In this document: one piece after another, positions 57,627 to 64,000 of the stretch
Numbering within the stretch: position 1 is the first letter of the stretch
Layout of the letters: the number at the start of each line of letters is the position of its first letter
Assembly (NCBI GenBank): GCA_002269645.1
Contig: NIVC01000486.1
Span: 124,001-188,000 of the forward strand
DNA length: 64,000 nt
Reading direction: 5' to 3'
Origin: Macrostomum lignano
Lineage: Eukaryota
Notes under the pieces: generated by a model
What the model saw: the letters and a program-made list of their open reading frames with translations, nothing else
Database searches by the model: none
Told to the model about the DNA's origin: nothing
Program-made: the position numbers and the translations under genes

Positions 57627-58890
57627 CTCCATGGGCTGGGGTGCCAGCTCGGGCCCCAGACTCAGTGGCCTGGCGTAATCGACAGTGATGGCAATGTCTG
57701 AGCACTCCAGTGGCCGAGCCTGAAGTGGGCATGTTTTTAGATAATGTGACTCAAACAGAAACGCTGGGCCACCAATTACAACTGTGTTCTGCCTGCCTTT
57801 GAACCAGTTTCACCCGGGCTACATCTCTCCCTGCAATCAGTCTCACCCGAGCTCCATCTACCAGCCTCCCCACAACCAGTTTCACCCGAGCTCCATCTAC
57901 CAGCCTCCCCGCAACCAGTCTCACCTGAGCTCCATCTACCAGCCTCCCCACAACCAGTTTCACCCGAGCTCCATCTACCAGCCTCCCCGCAACCAGTCTC
58001 ACCCGAGCTCCATCTACCAGTCTCACTGCAGCCAGTCTCACCCCATCCTGGCCCAGGAAGCGCCCCTTGACTGAATCGAACTCCGCCTGCAGCAGCTCTC
58101 GCTGCCGGCTGCCGGGCTGCAGCGGCGAGTCCAGCAGCAGGTAGTGGCGCCAATTGGCCGACTCGAAGCCCCAGTGGCAGGTGGCCACCTCGCAAGGCCG
58201 GTGCACATGCCCGACGAACTGGACAGGCGTGTACAGCCGGCGGCAGTCGGTGCAGACGATGCACGGCTGCCTCGGCGAGGTGTACAGCTGCGGCAGCAGG
58301 AGGCCGCGCTGCTTGCCGAAGCACAGGTGCCGGACGTTGATCCGCTCATCCTCGGCTGTCAGCGGCCGGTGGAGCAGCGGCGCGCCGCGACCGGCGAGCA
58401 GCAGCTTGCAGAGGCGCTCGGCGTCCGACTGGGTGATGAGGCCGCAGCAGTCGAGGCCCGGGTCGAAGGCGCATTCGTGGCGCAGCTGGCTCATCTGGCG
58501 GGCATCGCAGCGCTGGCACAGGACGCCCAGCCTGTCGCAAGCCAACTCAATCTGCTGCAGGCTGAGCCCGGCCGCCAGCAGCACCTCGTGCAGCACCTGC
58601 GGCAGGCAGAGCCGCTTCTCGCCGCCGACGCTGAACGCCAGCACCGTGCGGCCCTCGAGGCAGGCCTCCAGCAGGCCGCTGTCCGGCTGCTTCCGGCCGG
58701 AGTCTGGGAGATGTCGGTGCTGATGCCGCGGGCGATGGCTCTGCAGCGGCGGCGGCGCCGGCGGCGTGGGTTGCAGAAGCGGCGGCAGCGGAGGCGGCGG
58801 CAGTGCCGGGTAGCGGCGGTTCATGGCGTGCTGCAGAGCGGCCAGAGACGGCGTCAGGGGCATCGGCAGCCAGGGCGTCGGGACCTGCAT
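54704..58890 (-). CDS. Ski/SnoN-family transcriptional corepressor (exons ~58890-58042, 57719-57550, 55964-55387, 54891-54704)
   Basis: DHD domain FSVGGEKRLCLPQVL...CGLITQSDAERLC; SAND-like SMAD4-binding domain CFGK...CIVCTDC...CHWGFESANWRHY; downstream exons are in phase; start codon is uncertain. Confidence 0.85.
54950..55350. repeat. 23-25-bp intronic minisatellite
   Basis: cacccaatcagctcccattgtcc units. Confidence 0.92.
55980..57530. repeat. 16-bp minisatellite (~97 copies) filling a Ski-gene intron
   Basis: actgagtgacaatggg units, nearly invariant from about 56160 onward. Confidence 0.97.
57790..58040. repeat. 39-bp minisatellite containing the donor motif, Ski-gene intron 1
   Basis: ccagt[tc]tcacccgagctccatctaccagcctcccc[ag]caa units. 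Confidence 0.9.
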
Positions 58891-59454
58891 TCTCAACGTT
58901 GCGACTTCTTGACGGTTTTGTGGGCTTTAAAATTTTCTAACTGATTGCACGGCTCCGTCTGTCATGCGGAGGGACACTGGGTGCTAATTTATCAGCTAGA
59001 TGCGTTCCGTAGCGTTTAAAGAAATCCGACTCTAATAGGGCTGCTTGCGGCTTGGCTGCCCCTGTCTGTCTGACTATTTATACAACACCGCTGCAGCCCT
59101 GTGTCATTGGTAGAAAGAGTTGCCTTCTGCAGTGTCGCATAGCCTGGCGGCCCTCAGCGGTTGTCTCTCTCCCCCCTCTCTGCCTGTCCTCCTGTTCTTT
59201 TTAACTTCATGGCAGCGGGTGCTGGCTCTGCGCGGGTGTCAGTGCCGCGGCGCGCTGCTGTCTATTGCTGTACCCCCCCTGCCAACCGCCGGCGCCCCCC
59301 CCCCCAACTAAGGGCCATAAAGTCAGGCCACAGCACGGTTTAGATATGGCTGTTAGGAGATATGCCGAAGATCTGCCTCCCCTAGCCCTGCGTATTGCAA
59401 TTACAGTTGAGCTTTGTAGTGCATTCATTCATAAACTGTGACTCTCTGGCTGCA

Positions 59455-60270
59455 TGAGTGAACCCTCGATCCTTCAGTGCATGCGGGCTGTTCCCCCTCC
59501 GATCCTTCAGTGCATGCGGGATGATCCCCCTCCGATCCTTCAGTGCATGCGGGATGATCCCCCTCCGATCCTTCAGTGCATGCGGTCTGTTCCCCCTCCG
59601 ATCCTTCAGTGCATGCGGTCTGTTCCCCCTCCGATCCTTCAGTGCATGCGGTCTGTTCCCCCTCCGATCCTTCAGTGCATGCGGTCTGTTCCCCCTCCCC
59701 TGTCCTTCAGTACATGCGGGCTGTTTCCCCCCTGTCCTTCAGTGCATGCGGGCTGTTCCCCCTCCGATCCTTCAGTGCATGCGGGCTGTTCCCCCCCCCC
59801 TGTCCTTCAGTACATGCGGGCTGTTCCCCCCTGTCCTTCAGTGCATGCGGGATGTTCCCCCTCCGATCCTTCTGTGCATGCGGGCTGTTCCCCCTTCCGA
59901 TCCTTCAGGGCATGCGGGCTGTTCCCCCCTCCGATCCTTCAGGGCATGCGGGCTGTTCTCCCCTCCGATCCTTCAGGGCATGCTGGCTGTTCCCCCCTCC
60001 GATCCTTCAGGGCATGCTGGCTGTTCTCTCGAATCCTTCAGGGCATGCTGGCTGTTCTCCTCAATCCTTCAGGGCATGCTGGCTGTTCTCCTCAATCCTT
60101 CAGGGCATGCTGGCTGTTCTCCTCAATCCTTCAGGGCGGCTGGCTGTTCTCCTCAATCCTTCAGGGCATGCTGGCTGTTCTCCTCAATTCTTCAGGGCAT
60201 GCTGGCTGTTCTCCTCAATCCTTCAGGGCATGCTGGCTGTTCTCCTCAATTCTTCAGGGCATGCTGTTAA
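59455..60270. repeat. 33-to-31-bp minisatellite with a sequence gradient
   Basis: ccttcagtgcatgcgggctgttccccctccgat shifts to ccttcagggcatgctggctgttctcctcaat. Confidence 0.92.
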
Positions 60271-60509
60271 TATCTTGTCGCTCACGCATCACAGCTACTA
60301 TAGCCATTGCGTGAAAGAGTCAGATAACAGTCAAAGATCTGACAAACGTATCACACGAGGAGGCACGCCTGAAGATAAAGAAGATTAGGGTCTTTAGTCG
60401 GCTGCATGGTTACAGAATTAGAAAAAAATGCAATTCTTTGTTTGAATTCTAATGAAACAAGTGTCAGCAGATGAAAAACAGCAGACAGAATGGCGACCGT
60501 GCCCCGACA

Positions 60510-61604
60510 GGGGGGGTTTCACTAGGCCGAAATTTCACTTTGCCGAAAGCATCTTCCTTCACAAGGCCGAAACTTCATTAGGCCGAAACTTCACTTTGCC
60601 GAAAAATCATTTTAGCAGGCTCTTTCACTAGGCCGAAAATTCACTAGGCCGAAACTTCACTTTGCCGAAATGACTAGCATGCTCTTTCATATGGCCGAAA
60701 CTTCACTAGGCCGAAACTTCACTTTGCCGAAAAATCATTTTAGCAGCCTCTTTCACTAGGCCGAAACTTCATTAGGCCGAAGCTTCATTAGGCCGAAACT
60801 TCACTTTGCCGAAATGACTAGCATGCTCTTTCATAAGACCAAAACTTCACTAGGCCGAAACTTCACAATGCCGAAAAATCATTTTAGCAGCCTCTTTCAC
60901 TAGGCCGAAACTTCACTTTGCCGAAATGACTAGCATGCTCTTTCATAAGGCCGAAACTTCACCAGGCCGAAACTTCACAATGCCGAAAAATCATTTTAGC
61001 AGCCTCTTTCACTAGGCCGAAACTTCACTAGGCCGAAAAATCATTTTAGCAGCATCCTTCTTACTAATGGTCGAAAGGGTATGTGCACTTTAAGACTGCT
61101 AAGGCTGCTAAAATGATTTTTCGGCAAAGTGAAGTTTCGGCCTAGTGAAAGAGGCTGCTAAAATGATTGTTCGGCAAAGTGAAGTTTCGGCCTAGTGAAA
61201 GAGGCTGCTGAGATGATTTTTCGGCCTAATGAAGTTTCGGCCTTATGAAAGAGCATGCTAGTCATTTCGGCAAAGTGAAGTTTCGGCCTAGTGAAAGAGG
61301 CTGCTAAAATGATTGTTCGGCAAAGTGAAGTTTCGGCCTAGTGAAAGAGGCTGCTGAGATGATTTTTCGGCCTAATGAAGTTTCGGCCTTATGAAAGAGC
61401 ATGCTAGTCATTTCGGCAAAGTGAAGTTTCGGTCTAGTGAAAGAGGCTGCTAAAATGATTTTTCGGCAAAGTGAAGCTTCGGCCTAGTGAAAGAGCGTGC
61501 TAGTCATTTCGGCAAAGTGAAGTTTCGGCCTAATGAAGTTTCGGCCTAGTGAAAGAGGCTGCTTTTCGGCGAAGTGAAATTTCGGCCTAATGAAAGCGCC
61601 CCCC
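60510..61604. mobile_element. Foldback element with two modular inverted arms
   Basis: Left arm of ggccgaaacttcactttgccgaaa modules, right arm their reverse complement; G-run / C-run ends; 8-bp TSD CCCCGACA. Confidence 0.8.
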
Positions 61605-62339
61605 CCCCGACAAACCATTTCTCAGGTGCTGCTTGTATGCGTGAGTGAGTGTGTATAGTTAGTTGCTCAAGGATCTGTACAATGCAGACTATGTCTTTCT
61701 CTCTGAGTCTATTACTCCTACACTCCCTAGCCTAATAACTTAACTGCATGGCAATAGGAGAGCAAGTCTCGCCCACTACACACAATATTTGCGCATTTTC
61801 TTACTTTGCACAATTTGCAAGCCTTGACTATGCTCTCGATTATTGGAGAATGAAGACACAGGCAAGGGGTGGAAGCAGTGATCCCAATCAGGGATCGCAG
61901 CCCAACGCTGGCCTGTTGTATATTATGCCCACACTCAGTTGCATAGAAGCGGCCGGATTAAGAGAGCTGCGTTTGACTTGGGGCGCAGTTTTGGAGACGA
62001 AGGCCGATAGCTGTAGTTTAAATAAGACCCGAAAATACTGGTAGCTTGTATTGGCTGGCATTGTAAAAACCAGCTGCGGCAGCACGGCAGGCCTCTACAA
62101 AGCTCAATAACAGAGCCTGACTTTTACTACTTGCATGAGCTTGCTCTAGAAGAAGTTTAATTCAGTAGTTTAATTTGCTCAATAGAGACGAAGAGACCCC
62201 ATTATTGTAAGAATGTCAAGGCCAACTTTGATAACACAACGAAAGTCGTGGGGTAAGCTTATACGTGCGCTCTTACTTTTAGTAACACTTATTAAGTGTC
62301 ATATAGTGAGTTTCAATTGAGTACATAGTATAACCGAAA

Positions 62340-63950
62340 ACATGGGGTGGTGGGCTTAATGCCTTATCGGGGTTGATAGCATGGGGTGGTGGGCTACAAT
62401 CCTTGATTGCTTATCGGGGCTGATAGCATGGGGTGGTGGCCTACAATCCTTAATAGCTTATCGGGGCTGATAGCATGGGGTGGTGGCCTACAATCCTTAA
62501 TTGCTTATCGGGGCTGATAGCGTGAGTTGGTGGGCTACAATCCTTAATAGCTTATCGGGGCTGATAGCATGGGGTGGTGGCCTACAATCCTTGATTGCTT
62601 ATCGGGGCTGATAGCATGGGGGTGGGCTACGATCCTTAATGCCTTATCGGGGTTGATAGCATGGGGTGGTGGGCTACAATCCTTAATAGCTTATCGGGGC
62701 TGATAGCATGGGGTGGTGGCCTACAATCCTTAATAGCTTATCGGGGCTGATAGCATGGGGTGGTGGCCTACAATCCTTAATTGCTTATCGGGGCTGATAG
62801 CATGGGGTGGTGGCCTACAATCCTTGATTGCTTATCGGGGCTGATAGCATGGGGGTGGGCTACGATCCTTAATGCCTTATCGGGGTTGATAGCATGGGGT
62901 GGTGGGCTACAATCCTTAATAGCTTATCGGGGCTGATAGCATGGGGTGGTGGCCTACAATCCTTAATAGCTTATCGGGGCTGATAGCATGGGGTGGTGGC
63001 CTACAATCCTTAATTGCTTATCGGGGCTGATAGCATGGGGTGGTGGCCTACAATCCTTAATTGCTTATCGGGGCTGATAGCATGGGGTGGTGGCCTACAA
63101 TCCTTAATTGCTTATCGGGGCTGATAGCGTGAGTTGGTGGGCTACAATCCTTAATAGCTTATCGGGGCTGATAGCATGGGGTGGTGGCCTACAATCCTTG
63201 ATTGCTTATCGGGGCTGATAGCATGGGGGTGGGCTACGATCCTTAATGCCTTATCGGGGTTGATAGCATGGGGTGGTGGGCTACAATCCTTAATAGCTTA
63301 TCGGGGCTGATAGCATGGGGTGGTGGGCTACAATCCTTAATAGCTTATCGGGGCTGATAGCATGGGGTGGTGGCCTACAATCCTTAATTGCTTATCGGGG
63401 CTGATAGCATGGGGTGGTGGCCTACAATCCTTAATTGCTTATCGGGGCTGATAGCGTGAGTTGGTGGGCTACAATCCTTAATAGCTTATCGGGGCTGATA
63501 GCATGGGGTGGTGGCCTACAATCCTTGATTGCTTATCGGGGCTGATAGCATGGGGGTGGGCTACGATCCTTAATGCCTTATCGGGGTTGATAGCATGGGG
63601 TGGTGGGCTACAATCCTTAATAGCTTATCGGGGCTGATAGCATGGGGTGGTGGCCTACAATCCTTAATAGCTTATCGGGGCTGATAGCATGGGGTGGTGG
63701 CCTACAATTCTTAATTGCTTATCGGGGTTGATAGCATGGGGTGGTGGGCTACAATCCTTAATAGCTTATCGGGGCTGATAGCATGGGGTGGTGGCCTACA
63801 ATCCTTAATAGCTTATCGGGGCTGATAGCATGGGGTGGTGGCCTACAATTCTTAATTGCTTATCGGGGCTGATAGCATGGGGTGGTGGCCTACAATCCTT
63901 GATTGCTTATCGGGGCTGATAGCGTGAGTTGGTGGGCTACAATCTTTAGT
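62340..63950. repeat. 47-bp G-rich satellite with higher-order variants
   Basis: ttatcggggctgatagcatggggtggtggcctacaatccttaatagc units. Confidence 0.95.
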
Positions 63951-64000
63951 GGTTTATCCAGGAGAATGTGCAATCGTTGACCTATCATCAATTGATGTCT

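Noticed and set aside
55289-57732. 500-750-aa SHCHSVPLSLSPIVTQ ORFs
   Set aside because: 16-bp array; only 55964-55387 is a real exon.
57776-58944. Overlapping + strand and alternate-frame ORFs over Ski exon 1 (likewise over BRD and TECPR1 exons)
   Set aside because: GC-rich antisense shadows of real exons.

Overview
Eukaryotic (metazoan) genomic DNA with spliceosomal introns. GC-rich exons and minisatellite-packed introns suggest a Macrostomum-like flatworm, but this is inference only. Six conserved host genes could be reconstructed exon by exon. Four are tandem on the minus strand: Rab18, BRD7/9-like, MMADHC and TECPR1, the last with its 3' part running off the window start. The other two are an atypical PKC (+) and a Ski/Sno-family gene (-). 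A TECPR1 intron hosts an antisense cassette containing a spliced BEN-domain gene, bounded by an RSS-like (heptamer-23-nonamer) candidate terminus. Most introns carry their own tandem array, and several array units contain splice-signal motifs. DNA transposon relics with TIRs and TSDs include hAT, Merlin, MULE, THAP/P-like, Harbinger-like and foldback types, several of them nested. tRNA-derived SINEs are also present. A ~12 kb CpG-depleted domain covers the divergent Rab18/aPKC 5' ends. Most long ORFs in the supplied track are artefacts of tandem repeats.
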